A stretch of 64,000 bases of DNA from Alphaproteobacteria bacterium (GCA_030831315.1 JAURLI010000011.1:2722-66721); one strand, 5' to 3'. Counted from the first letter of the stretch, positions 19,548 through 28,914 are shown. Translations and numbers: made by a program. The notes: a model not told the origin generated them from the letters alone.

Positions 19548-21271
19548 TGAGCGCGCCGCGCACAGTCCTCATCACGCGCCCGGTCGAGGATGCCGGGCCG
19601 CTCGCCCAACGCATCGAAGCGCTCGGCCACAAAACCATCATCGAACCGCTGCTTGCCATCCGCTTCCTCGGCGCCCGCGTCGATCTTTCCGGCGTGCAGG
19701 CACTGGCCTTTACCTCGGCCAATGGCGTGCGCGCGCTCAAGGCGGCGCTTGGAAATGACGTGCCTTCGGCAATGCCGGTTTTCGCCGTCGGGCGCGCGAC
19801 AGCGAAGGCCGCGCGTGATGCGGGCTTTGAAAAGGTGACGGCGGCGGCGGGCGATGTCGAAAGTCTGGCCGCGCGCATCGGTGAAGACACGCAGGCCCAC
19901 GCAGGGGCGATCCTGCACGTGGCGGGGCGTGACCGTGCGGGCGATCTTGCCGCGGCACTTGCGCGCGAAGGCCTCGATGCCCGCCGCGTCGTCCTTTATG
20001 CCGCCGATGCCACAAGCGAATTGACGGCAGCCACGGTCGCAGCCCTGCGCAAGGGATCGGTCGATGATGTTGTGATTTTCTCGCCCCGCACCGCGCGGCA
20101 GTTTGTTACGCTGGCGGGCAACGCCGGCCTGCGCCCGGAGATGCGCCGGGTGCGTCTGCTGGCTTTTTCGCCGCGGGTCGCCGATGCAGCGAAGGACCTG
20201 TCCTTCGCCGAGGTTGCCATCGCGGCGCGCACCGATGAAGACGCGTTGCTGGCGCTTCTTTGCGGCGAACCGAACGAGGACGAAAGCCCTTCCATGTCCG
20301 AACAGCCCACGCCCGCCAAAGCCGATGAAAAGCCCGCATCTTCGCCCGCGCGCGCTCGCGGGCGGACGGGGCTTGTCCTGCTGCTTTTGCTTTTGATACT
20401 CGTCATCGCGGCGGGTGCGGCGGCAATGTTCGATCCGGCCTTGCGCGCGCGCATTCTCGATCTCCTGCCGAAGGCCGCGGAAACGGCGGCTCCCGGGCCA
20501 TCGCCCGAAATGCAGCGCCTCGATGCGCTTGCCGCGCGCGTCGGCACCCTCGGCGGCGATATCGCATCGCTCAAGACCGAGGTTGCCGCCCTGCCCCGCC
20601 AGGCGGGGGCGGACCCGGCGCGCCTCGACGAACTGGCACGAAAACTCGATAGCCTTGGTGAGCGCATCGGGCGCCTCGAATCAGGCCTTGCCGAACGACC
20701 GGCGAAAGCTGCCGCCGATGCGGAAGCGCTGGCGCTTCTTGGCCTGATCTCGGCCCTCGATGCCGGACGTCCTTTCGAATCCCATCTTCAGGCCGGACGG
20801 CGCGCGCTTGCCGCAATGGGCGCGGGCGCGGCGGAACGCCTCGCGGCGCTTGATGCGATTGCCCCGCGTGCGTCGCGTGGCGTGCCCACGGCCGCCATGC
20901 TGGCGGCGCGTGCAGGCGTTCTCGATTTGCAAATGCCGAAGGCGGAAAAGCCCGCCGCTGCCGCCCCTGTGGCCGGTGTGCAGGCGATGGGCGTTTGGGA
21001 TCGCATGGTTGCCCGGCTTTCCGGCCTCGTCACCATCCGGCGCGTGGGCGAAGGTGCGGCGCCTTCCGCGCCGCGGGCCACGTCACTTTCGGCCATCGCA
21101 CGCGATTTTGCCGCAGGCGATGTCGCCGCCGCGCTCGCGGGTTTGCGCGCCATCGACCGCGCGGCGCTTGCCCCTGCTTCGGCCGAGGCCCTTTCCGTGC
21201 TCATCGCCGAGGCCGGGGCGCGCCTTGCCGCGTCGCGCGTGGCATCCGGGCCGGTCGCGGCCGCGCAATGA
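19547..21271 (+). CDS. hemD: Uroporphyrinogen-III synthase fused to a COG4223/alphaMic60 (mitofilin-like) membrane protein
   Basis: N-terminal VLITRP, FTSANGV, AVGRATA, FSPR; then linker, TM helix, coiled coil, GVPT...LSGLVTIRR...GD.AAAL. Confidence 0.85.
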   Translation: MSAPRTVLITRPVEDAGPLAQRIEALGHKTIIEPLLAIRFLGARVDLSGVQALAFTSANGVRALKAALGNDVPSAMPVFAVGRATAKAARDAGFEKVTAAAGDVESLAARIGEDTQAHAGAILHVAGRDRAGDLAAALAREGLDARRVVLYAADATSELTAATVAALRKGSVDDVVIFSPRTARQFVTLAGNAGLRPEMRRVRLLAFSPRVADAAKDLSFAEVAIAARTDEDALLALLCGEPNEDESPSMSEQPTPAKADEKPASSPARARGRTGLVLLLLLLILVIAAGAAAMFDPALRARILDLLPKAAETAAPGPSPEMQRLDALAARVGTLGGDIASLKTEVAALPRQAGADPARLDELARKLDSLGERIGRLESGLAERPAKAAADAEALALLGLISALDAGRPFESHLQAGRRALAAMGAGAAERLAALDAIAPRASRGVPTAAMLAARAGVLDLQMPKAEKPAAAAPVAGVQAMGVWDRMVARLSGLVTIRRVGEGAAPSAPRATSLSAIARDFAAGDVAAALAGLRAIDRAALAPASAEALSVLIAEAGARLAASRVASGPVAAAQ

Positions 21272-22665
21272 TCCGCCTTCTCGTCCTGATCGTCCTTGTC
21301 GCGCTTACGGCTGCCGCCGTCGGCTGGTTCGCCACCGATCCCGGCCGTGTCGTTCTCGATTTTCGCGGATGGCAGATCGAAACCTCCGTCGGCGTGCTGG
21401 TGCTGGCGGCGGCGTTGTCGATGCTTGCGGTCATCATCGCGTGGTCGGTGCTCGGCTGGCTTATCGCGGCGCCGGGGCGCATCGGTGCGTGGCGCAGGAC
21501 GCGCCGTCGGGCACGCGGCCTCAGGGCGCTTGCCGCGGGAATGGTTGCCGTTGCCGCGGGCGATGCCAAGGGTGCCCGCAAGTTTGCCCGCCGTGCCGGT
21601 GCGGCGGAAGGCGAGACGCCGCTGACACTTCTCCTGTCTGCACAGGCGGCACAGCTGGAAGGCGACGATCGCGCGGCGGAGAAATATTTCACCGCGATGC
21701 TGGCGCGCAAGGAAACCGAATTTCTCGGGCTGCGCGGGTTGGTGACGCAGGCGACGCGCTCGGGCGATGCGGCGCGGGCATTGGTGCATGCGGAACGCGC
21801 GGCGAAACTGCGCCCCGATGCGGGCTGGGCGCATGCGGCAGTTTTCGACCTTGCCGTAAAGGCGCGTGCATGGAAGCAGGCGGAAGATGCGCTGGGGCAG
21901 GCGATCCGTCGCGGCGGTATCGGGCGCGACGACGGCAACCGTCATCGTGCGGCACTTTTCCTGATGCAGTCGGCGGAAGCCGAACAGCGGAGCTTTGCGG
22001 TCGAGGCCCTGCGTCTTGCCGTGCGCGCGCGGCGTGCCGATGCGAATTTCGCCCCTGCGGCATTTCATCGTGCCCGCCTCGAGGCGGAACAGGGCAACCG
22101 CCGCCGCGCGCGGCGCATCCTTGAACGCGCCTTCGCCGATCACCCGCATACCGATCTTGCGGTGGCGCTTCTGGCGCTGGCGGAGGGTGAAGGGGAGGAC
22201 CTTGTGCTCGACCGCCTGCGCCTCGCCGCACGGCTGCTCGATCGCGCGCCCGAAGCCGCCGAAGCGCATCTCATCGCCGCCGAGGCGGCCCTCGATGCCC
22301 GGATCTGGGGCAAGGCAAAGCGTCACCTCGACGATGCCGAGACGCGGTTCGCCGCTGCCGGCGACGGCTCGCGACCGGCGCGGCTCTACCGCCTGCGGGC
22401 GCGTCTTGCCGAGGACGAAGGCGGCGATACCCGCCAGGCGGCCCAATGGCTCGCGCAGGCTGCCGGCGCGGCTCCCGATCCGCGCTGGGTCTGTGCGGCC
22501 TGCGGCCACGGTACGCCGACCTGGTCGGGTCTCTGTCCCGATTGCGGGGGGTTCGACACGATGGAATGGCGAACGCCCGCGCCGCTCGCGGCACTGGCCG
22601 CGCCCCGGGGGGCCGCTGTGGCCGCGGCGCTGCCCGGTATTTCGGGCGCCCTTACCAAAGATTAG
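21268..22665 (+). CDS. HemY_N/TPR membrane protein (Orf52-like) with C-terminal CxxC...CxxC
   Basis: Two N-terminal TMs, LLLSAQAAQ, FLGLRGL, WVCAACG...CPDCGGFDT; ATGA overlap with hemD. Confidence 0.85.
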   Translation: MIRLLVLIVLVALTAAAVGWFATDPGRVVLDFRGWQIETSVGVLVLAAALSMLAVIIAWSVLGWLIAAPGRIGAWRRTRRRARGLRALAAGMVAVAAGDAKGARKFARRAGAAEGETPLTLLLSAQAAQLEGDDRAAEKYFTAMLARKETEFLGLRGLVTQATRSGDAARALVHAERAAKLRPDAGWAHAAVFDLAVKARAWKQAEDALGQAIRRGGIGRDDGNRHRAALFLMQSAEAEQRSFAVEALRLAVRARRADANFAPAAFHRARLEAEQGNRRRARRILERAFADHPHTDLAVALLALAEGEGEDLVLDRLRLAARLLDRAPEAAEAHLIAAEAALDARIWGKAKRHLDDAETRFAAAGDGSRPARLYRLRARLAEDEGGDTRQAAQWLAQAAGAAPDPRWVCAACGHGTPTWSGLCPDCGGFDTMEWRTPAPLAALAAPRGAAVAAALPGISGALTKD

Positions 22666-22669
22666 GGAT

Positions 22670-22698
22670 TTGCGCTTAAAGCCGTTTCGGCGTAAACG
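22670..22698 (+). promoter_or_regulatory. Putative sigma70 promoter of tRNA-Thr
   Basis: TTGCGC-N17-TAAACG about 35 nt before the tRNA. Confidence 0.45.
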
Positions 22699-22733
22699 GT
22701 GGGGCGCGCCGGGTTACCGGCGCCGCGAACGGG

Positions 22734-22809
22734 GCCGCCTTAGCTCAGCCGGTAGAGCATCGCATTCGTAATGCGAGGGTCGCGTGTTCGAGTCACGCAG
22801 GCGGCACCA
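22734..22809 (+). tRNA. tRNA-Thr(CGT)
   Basis: 76-nt cloverleaf; anticodon arm TCGCA-TTCGTAA-TGCGA; T arm GTTCGA; encoded CCA. Confidence 0.97.
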
Positions 22810-22952
22810 TTTTCCATACTTTCCGAATTCAGCCGGTCGGTAATCCCGCATCGGGCTACCGGATTGCACGCTGCACCCGGTTGTTTTTGCGCGACCTTCA
22901 TGGTCAGCTTGGGGCCAGGGCCCACCGCGCTCACAGAACAGGGAGAGACCGC

Positions 22953-23246
22953 ATGGCCATCGCTCGCGTGATCATCATCAAGACCCCGGATAAAAAATTT
23001 TCTGATGCCGAGCGCATCTGGAAATCGCAATGCGCGCCGCTGATGCAAAAGCAGAAGGGCTGCCGCGTTGAAAAATTCATGCGTTCGACGGAAAGCCCGG
23101 ATCTCTACATTTCCTATTCGGAATGGGACAGCATGGACGCCATCGAGGGCTATCGTGCGACCACCGAACACGCGACGATCCAGAGCGAGGTGCGCGCCAT
23201 CCAGGGCTCGCGCGCCGTGGTGTGGACCTACGAAATTCTCGATTGA
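22953..23246 (+). CDS. Antibiotic biosynthesis monooxygenase (ABM) domain protein
   Basis: 97 aa; QKGC...YISYSEWDS...H pattern; GGAGA RBS. Confidence 0.75.
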   Translation: MAIARVIIIKTPDKKFSDAERIWKSQCAPLMQKQKGCRVEKFMRSTESPDLYISYSEWDSMDAIEGYRATTEHATIQSEVRAIQGSRAVVWTYEILD

Positions 23247-24619
23247 TCGTTTGTTGCGGCGGGCAGGTCGATCTCGGCCCTGAGCCCGCCGGTCGCGGCA
23301 TCGCCCAGCGTCAGCTTGCCGCCGTAAAGTGCCGCGATCTCTGCGACGATATTGAGGCCGAGGCCTGATCCCGGCACTGTTTCATCAAGTCTTTGCCCGC
23401 GCGCGATGGCGCGGGCCCGGTCCTCAGGCTTAAGTCCGGGGCCGTCATCTTCGACCCATAGCAGAAGACGACCGCCCGTCTGCGTTTCGCCGCCGACGCG
23501 CACGGCGCGCCGCCCCCATTTGAAGGCGTTGTCCATCAGGTTGCCGAGCAGTTCCTCGAGATCCTGCCCATCGCCGCGGAATACCAGTCCGGCGGGCACT
23601 TCTGTCGCCAGCGCGATCTGTTTGCCCGCATGCATGCGCGAAAGCGCGCGGGCCAGCCCCTCGACCACGGGCAGAACTTCCGTGCGCTGGCCGAGTGCCG
23701 CCGCCGATGCCGCCACGCGCGCGCGGGCGAGATGATGATCAATGCGTTCGCGCATCTGCGCGGTTTCGCGGGTAACCACCTGGGCCAGCGCCTTGTCGGC
23801 GTCAGGTCGCCGCTCTGCCCTCTCGGCCTCGACCGCAAGCACACTCAGCGGCGTCTTCAATGCATGGGCGAGATTGCCGACATGGGTGCGCGCGCGCTCG
23901 ATCACTTCGCCGACATGGGCGATCAGCTGGTTCGCCTCGCTCACCAGCGGGCGGATTTCGCCCGGGAATTCGCCTTCAAGCTTGTCAGTGCGTCCGTCGC
24001 GCACGCGCGCGAGCGCTTCGCGCAGGCGGCGCAACGGCACCAGTCCGAAATGGACCTGTATGACGACGGCGGCAATCAGGCCGAGCCCCATCAGGCCAAG
24101 CGCCCATGCGAGTGTGACACGGAAGGGGCGCAGTTCCGCTTCCACTTCGGCAAGGTCGCCAGCCACGGCGTAGCGGAAGGCGTGACCGTCTTGTTCAAAG
24201 CGGATCGGGCGTTCGGCAACGCGCAGGCGCTGGCCGCGCGGTCCTGTTGCTTCGTAATGGGCGGCGCCTTCGGTGCCTGCGGGCGGTTGCGCGGCGGGCA
24301 GCGGCAGCGTCTGGTCCCAGAGCGATCGCGACGCCAGCTTCACCCCGGAGGCATCCATGATCTGCCAGTACCAGCCGGAAAACGGCCGCTCGAAGCGCGG
24401 CTCGCCCTGTGCGCCGAGCAGCCGGACCCCGGTCAGCGGGTCGGCATCGGTGACGGTAACCAGCGTTTCGAGCAACACATCGAGGCGTCCGTCGAAGCCG
24501 CGCTTCACGTGGTTTTCGAACAGCGAATTCAGCAACAGGCCACCCGCGATCAGCGCCCCTGCGATCCATGCGAGCGCGAAGCCGATCAGGCGGAAACCGA
24601 GTGTGCCGGGGCCGATCAT
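23228..24619 (-). CDS. Sensor histidine kinase (PhoQ/QseC/FeuQ-like)
   Basis: LAHALKTPL, GNLMDNA, DDGPG, GSGLGL; two TMs; SGWYWQ. Confidence 0.95.
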   Translation of the reverse strand: MIGPGTLGFRLIGFALAWIAGALIAGGLLLNSLFENHVKRGFDGRLDVLLETLVTVTDADPLTGVRLLGAQGEPRFERPFSGWYWQIMDASGVKLASRSLWDQTLPLPAAQPPAGTEGAAHYEATGPRGQRLRVAERPIRFEQDGHAFRYAVAGDLAEVEAELRPFRVTLAWALGLMGLGLIAAVVIQVHFGLVPLRRLREALARVRDGRTDKLEGEFPGEIRPLVSEANQLIAHVGEVIERARTHVGNLAHALKTPLSVLAVEAERAERRPDADKALAQVVTRETAQMRERIDHHLARARVAASAAALGQRTEVLPVVEGLARALSRMHAGKQIALATEVPAGLVFRGDGQDLEELLGNLMDNAFKWGRRAVRVGGETQTGGRLLLWVEDDGPGLKPEDRARAIARGQRLDETVPGSGLGLNIVAEIAALYGGKLTLGDAATGGLRAEIDLPAATNDQSRIS

Positions 24620-25314
24620 CCGGGCGTGTCGCCGCCCTTGCCGGGCGCGGGGCCATTACCCGCTGAAAGCCGGTAGCCGAGCCCGCGCACGGTTTCGATG
24701 ATGTCGTTGCCGAGCTTTCGCCGCAGGCGGCCGACGAACACTTCGATCGTGTTCGAATCGAGATCGAAGTCCTGATCGTAGATGTGTTCGGTCAGTTCGG
24801 TGCGCGATACCACGCGGTCGCGTTCATGGGCGAGATAGGAAATCAGCTTGTACTCGTGGGCGGTCAGCTTCACGGCTTCGCCGTTTACGCTGACGCGCGC
24901 CGCGCGTGTGTCGATGGCGACGGGGCCGCATTCGATCACCGGTGATGCATGACCCGAGGCGCGGCGGATGAGTGCGCGCACGCGGGCCAGCAGTTCTTCC
25001 ATCTGGAAGGGCTTGGTCAGGTAGTCGTCGGCACCGGCATCGAAGCCGGCGACTTTTTCACGCCAGCGGTCGCGCGCAGTCAGGATCAGCACCGGCACGT
25101 TGCGTCCGTCGGAGCGCCAGCGCGTCAGCACCGTGATCCCGTCGAGGCCCGGCAGGCCCAGGTCCAGCACCACGGCGTCGTAAGGTTCGGTGTCGCCGAG
25201 GAAATGTCCTTCCTCACCGTCGGCCGCGCTGTCGACCGCATAGCCCGCGTCCTTGAGCGCGCCCGCAAGCTGTTCGCGCAGCGCCGGTTCGTCTTCGATC
25301 ACCAGAATGCGCAT
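24616..25314 (-). CDS. OmpR-family response regulator (FeuP/PhoP-like)
   Basis: MRILVIED, LDLGLP, GADDYLTKPF, IETVRGLGY. Confidence 0.95.
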   Translation of the reverse strand: MRILVIEDEPALREQLAGALKDAGYAVDSAADGEEGHFLGDTEPYDAVVLDLGLPGLDGITVLTRWRSDGRNVPVLILTARDRWREKVAGFDAGADDYLTKPFQMEELLARVRALIRRASGHASPVIECGPVAIDTRAARVSVNGEAVKLTAHEYKLISYLAHERDRVVSRTELTEHIYDQDFDLDSNTIEVFVGRLRRKLGNDIIETVRGLGYRLSAGNGPAPGKGGDTPG

Positions 25315-25321
25315 GGCGGGC

Positions 25322-25726
25322 CTATCGTCCCGCCGCACCCAGCACCTGCGCGGTGCGGGCATCGACGGCAAGGTTCATGACGCGCCCGTCGCGGGTCAGC
25401 ATCTTCAGATAATAAACCGGGCGCTGCCCGCTTTCGTCCAATCGCACGTCGAGAAGACGGCCCGGGTAGCGGCCCTGGACCCGGCGCGCCACTTCCTCGA
25501 GCGAGAGAATCTCGCCGCGCCGGACCGCATCGCGGGCGCGATTCTGGCCACGCAGGTTGCGCTCGCGGGGTGCTACGGGGGCAAGCGGGACGACGAGCTC
25601 GCGGCCCGGGTCGCGGCCTTGGACCCGGCGAAAGTCGTTCACCTCAAAGGCGCGCGCCGGGGGCGCCGCCAGCGCGAACGCGGGCAGGAGCAGCAGGCAA
25701 AGAATGGGTATGTGCGCGGTCTTCAT
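25322..25726 (-). CDS. PepSY-domain periplasmic protein
   Basis: Signal peptide; ARDAVRRGEILSL, Y.LKML..DG, VDARTA. Confidence 0.8.
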   Translation of the reverse strand: MKTAHIPILCLLLLPAFALAAPPARAFEVNDFRRVQGRDPGRELVVPLAPVAPRERNLRGQNRARDAVRRGEILSLEEVARRVQGRYPGRLLDVRLDESGQRPVYYLKMLTRDGRVMNLAVDARTAQVLGAAGR

Positions 25727-25750
25727 CGTGGCGGTTTTACGGGCGGCAAT

Positions 25751-25789
25751 CTGAACCGTGGCTGAACGGCCCGTTCAGGCCGGTTTCAG
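25751..25789. promoter_or_regulatory. Four-box operator array, 11-bp period
   Basis: CTGAAC(25751), CTGAAC(25762), GTTCAG(25773), TTTCAG(25784) between divergent genes. Confidence 0.6.
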
Positions 25790-25896
25790 CCGGTCCCCGG
25801 CAGTATCGCGCCATCCATCGGGCGCGTCCATGCGTCCGGCGGCGGGGCAGGAAGAGAACGCCCCCCAACCCTGAAAAAAGTCCCGAGGAGGACACC

Positions 25897-26427
25897 ATGA
25901 AGACTTCCATGCCCCGCGTTTCCGTAAATGCTCCCTCCGTGCAATCCCGCGCGCGCCTGCCGGTCGCCCTGATGCTGGTGGCGGCGCTCGGCCTCGGCGC
26001 CTGCTCGACGCGCAGCGCCGGCGACAAGCAGGTCGGCGGCACCGTGCTCGGCGCCGTTGCCGGCGGTCTTGCCGGTTCCGCCTTCGGTCGCGGCGAGGGA
26101 CGTCTGATCATGACCGGGTTGGGTACGCTGGTCGGCGCCTTCATCGGCTCCGAGGTCGGCCAGTCGCTGGACAACGCCGACCGCATGGCCGCCGCCCGCA
26201 CCGCGCAGCAGACTTTCGAGCACGGCCGTACCGGACAGACCGCGACCTGGTCCAACCCCGACAGCGGCAACAGCGGCACGGTGACGCCGACGCGCACCTA
26301 CCAGGCTGCTGACGGCGGCTATTGCCGCGAATACCAGCAGACCGTTTCCGTCGGCGGCAAGACGCAGGAAGCCTATGGGCGCGCCTGCCGCCAGCCCGAC
26401 GGCAGCTGGAAGATCGTGAACAGCTGA
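25897..26427 (+). CDS. 17-kDa surface antigen-like lipoprotein (glycine zipper 2TM)
   Basis: Lipobox LGAC, Gly zipper, WSNPDSG, YCREY, ACRQPDGSW; GAGGAG RBS. Confidence 0.9.
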   Translation: MKTSMPRVSVNAPSVQSRARLPVALMLVAALGLGACSTRSAGDKQVGGTVLGAVAGGLAGSAFGRGEGRLIMTGLGTLVGAFIGSEVGQSLDNADRMAAARTAQQTFEHGRTGQTATWSNPDSGNSGTVTPTRTYQAADGGYCREYQQTVSVGGKTQEAYGRACRQPDGSWKIVNS

Positions 26428-26482
26428 TCCACATCCAGGGCCGGGCGCCGCGGTTGCCAGCTGCGGCGCCCATCCATGACCT

Positions 26483-26516
26483 TGCCGGTCCTGCCCCAAC
26501 AGGACCGGCATTTTTT
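26483..26516 (+). terminator. Intrinsic terminator
   Basis: TGCCGGTCCTG / CAGGACCGGCA stem followed by T6. Confidence 0.8.
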
Positions 26517-27397
26517 CAGCAGGTCTTTTCGCCCGGCACCGGCGCGGTCAGGACGCCCGATTCCCGTCCCGGCCAGCAGCCCGGCTCGCAGGCGACATCG
26601 GCCAGCGCCCCGGTGATGTAGTCGAAGGCGTCATCGACGCTGTCGGAGCGATGCAGAAGATCGAGATCCTCGCGCGAGATGGTGCCCATTTCGACCAGCA
26701 CGTTGAGGTCGAGGAAGCGGCGCCAGAAATCGTTGCCGTAGATCACCATGGGCAGGCGTTTTTTCAGCTTGAGCGTCTGGCAGAGCGTCAGGATTTCCGC
26801 CATTTCGTCGAGGGTGCCGAAGCCGCCCGGCATGAACACGGCGGCCTTGGCGAAATAGGCGAACCAGAACTTGCGCATGAAGAAGTAATGGAAGGTGAAA
26901 TTGAGCGAGCGGGTGATGTACGGGTTCGCGTGCTGCTCGAAGGGCAGAGCGATGTTGAGCCCGATATTAAGCCCGCGCGCATCGGCGGCGCCGCGGTTCG
27001 CCGCCTCCATGATGCCGGGCCCGCCGCCGGTGCAGATGACGAAGCGCCGGCCGCCTTCCAGGCCCTTCGACCACTCGGTCAGCCGCCGGGCCAGTTCCCG
27101 GGTTTCTTCGTAATAGCGCGACATCTCCAGGCGCTTGCGCGCGGCATCGACGCCCTGACCAGACTTTTCGGCCTCGCGCAACTGGGCTTCCGCCTCGTCG
27201 TGCGGCCGGATGCGGGCGGAGCCGAAGAAGCAGATCGTGTCGCGAACATCCTGTTCCTCGAACCGCTTTGCGGGCTCTATGTATTCCGACATGATCCGGA
27301 GCGTTCGCGCTTCGGGACTGGCCATGAATCCGGGGTCGAGAAAGGCGAGCGGCGCCTCGGTACCCCCGGCGGTTGCGGATTTCTGCCTTTTTGCCAT
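26516..27397 (-). CDS. LOG family nucleotide phosphoribohydrolase
   Basis: FGSAR, TGGGPGIMEAAN, FFMRK, PGGFGTLDE. Confidence 0.92.
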   Translation of the reverse strand: MAKRQKSATAGGTEAPLAFLDPGFMASPEARTLRIMSEYIEPAKRFEEQDVRDTICFFGSARIRPHDEAEAQLREAEKSGQGVDAARKRLEMSRYYEETRELARRLTEWSKGLEGGRRFVICTGGGPGIMEAANRGAADARGLNIGLNIALPFEQHANPYITRSLNFTFHYFFMRKFWFAYFAKAAVFMPGGFGTLDEMAEILTLCQTLKLKKRLPMVIYGNDFWRRFLDLNVLVEMGTISREDLDLLHRSDSVDDAFDYITGALADVACEPGCWPGRESGVLTAPVPGEKTC

Positions 27398-27548
27398 CTT
27401 TCCTGCCTTGTGCGCATCTGGCGCCGCCGGCAGGGGCCGGAGGGCGCGGAAACATTAGCTTTCGGCGCTTATAGTAACTCTTTTTTCAGGAACTTGGGGC
27501 ATCATCGGCGTATCCAGGTAGGATCGTATCAGTCGCAGGTATCGGCAT

Positions 27549-28826
27549 ATGTTGAAGGAATCCGTATACAGGGAAGAACATCAGCCCGGCGCGCAGATTT
27601 TTCGCGAGGGCGAGCCCGGTAATTGCGCCTACGTGATCGAACGCGGCGCGGTTGAAATTTCTTCCCTGCGTCAGGGCCGCAAGATTTCCATTTCCCAGCT
27701 CGGCGAAGGTGACCTGTTCGGCGAAATGGCGCTGATCGATGGCGAGGTGCGCACCGGTACTGCGATCGCCACCGAAGAAACCGTTCTCGTGGTCATTAGC
27801 CTCGACCAGTTGCGTGAGAAATTCGAGCACGCCGATCCCCTTCTCAGCTTCTTCGTGCGAAACGTACTGGAACGGTTCCGTACGTTCCAAAGCCGCATTC
27901 TCGGCGAAACCGAGCAGGACTCCCCGACCGCGGCGCTGCTCAATGCCGATATGTCGCTGACGCGTCACCGCGAACGGGCGATGCGCAAGATCCGCTTCGA
28001 AGACCAGATCAACAAGGCGTTGATTAACGGCGAATTCGAAATTCACTATCAGCCCATCCTCGATCTGCGCAACGGAACCATGGCCGGCGTCGAAGCCCTG
28101 CTGCGCTGGAACCATCCCGAGCGCGGCCTTCTTTACCCCAAGGACTTCATCGGCTTTGCCGAGGAAACCGGCCTGATCATCCCGATGGGGCTTTGGGTAT
28201 TCGAGCAGTCCTGCCGGGCGCTTTTGCGCTTCCAGACCCGTATCGAGGAACTGGGCGGGGACACGGCGCCGTTCTTCATTTCGGTCAACCTGTCATCGCG
28301 CCAGTTTTCCGACATCGATCTCGTGCGCAACATGTCGCAGATCATCGACGAAACCGGCGTGAATCCCGAACAGATCAAGCTGGAAATCACGGAAAGCCTG
28401 CTGATGGACAACCCGGCGCGCGCCGCCGTGACGCTGAACGGCGTCAAGGCGCTCGGGCTCGAGATCGCCATCGACGACTTCGGCACCGGGTATTCGTCAC
28501 TCAGCTACCTGCACCGCTTCCACATGGATACCCTGAAGATCGACCGCTCCTTCGTGTCGACGGCCACCATCAACGGCGGTTCGATGGAAGTCGTGCGCGC
28601 CATCGCCGGCCTTGCCCACAACCTCGGTCTCGACATCGTCGGGGAAGGCATCGAGCAGCCCGAACAGGTGACCCTGTTGCGGGATCTTCAGTGCGAATAC
28701 GGCCAGGGATACTTCTTTTCCAAGCCCGTTGCAGCCTCGTCCATTCTGGCCCGTATCGAACGCCAGTTCGGCGGTCACGGGCACAGCAACGTCACGCCGC
28801 TTCCGGCCGGGCAAAAACTCCAGTAA
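27549..28826 (+). CDS. cNMP-binding plus EAL c-di-GMP phosphodiesterase
   Basis: FGEMALIDGEVRT; EALLRW, VNLS, EITES, DDFGTGYSS, KIDRSF, EGIE, QGY. Confidence 0.92.
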   Translation: MLKESVYREEHQPGAQIFREGEPGNCAYVIERGAVEISSLRQGRKISISQLGEGDLFGEMALIDGEVRTGTAIATEETVLVVISLDQLREKFEHADPLLSFFVRNVLERFRTFQSRILGETEQDSPTAALLNADMSLTRHRERAMRKIRFEDQINKALINGEFEIHYQPILDLRNGTMAGVEALLRWNHPERGLLYPKDFIGFAEETGLIIPMGLWVFEQSCRALLRFQTRIEELGGDTAPFFISVNLSSRQFSDIDLVRNMSQIIDETGVNPEQIKLEITESLLMDNPARAAVTLNGVKALGLEIAIDDFGTGYSSLSYLHRFHMDTLKIDRSFVSTATINGGSMEVVRAIAGLAHNLGLDIVGEGIEQPEQVTLLRDLQCEYGQGYFFSKPVAASSILARIERQFGGHGHSNVTPLPAGQKLQ

Positions 28827-28839
28827 CCGCCAAAACGCG

Positions 28840-28897
28840 AAAGCCCCCGCAAATGGGGGCCTTCCACCCAAAAGGCCGGACCGCAGTCCGGCCTTTT
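28840..28897. terminator. Tandem hairpins between convergent genes; the second looks bidirectional
   Basis: GCCCCC/GGGGGC hairpin, then AAAAGGCCGGAC-CGCA-GTCCGGCCTTTT. Confidence 0.75.
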
Positions 28898-28914
28898 GTC
28901 CATTGTGCACGGGT

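Noticed and set aside
22734-22809. tRNA-Thr (and tRNA-Ala at 58280) as an island integration site
   Set aside because: No integrase, no duplicated tRNA 3' end seen, and flanking genes look native
25751-25789. Short repeats as a CRISPR or REP element
   Set aside because: 6-bp units with 5-bp spacers, no cas genes, and no dispersed copies seen
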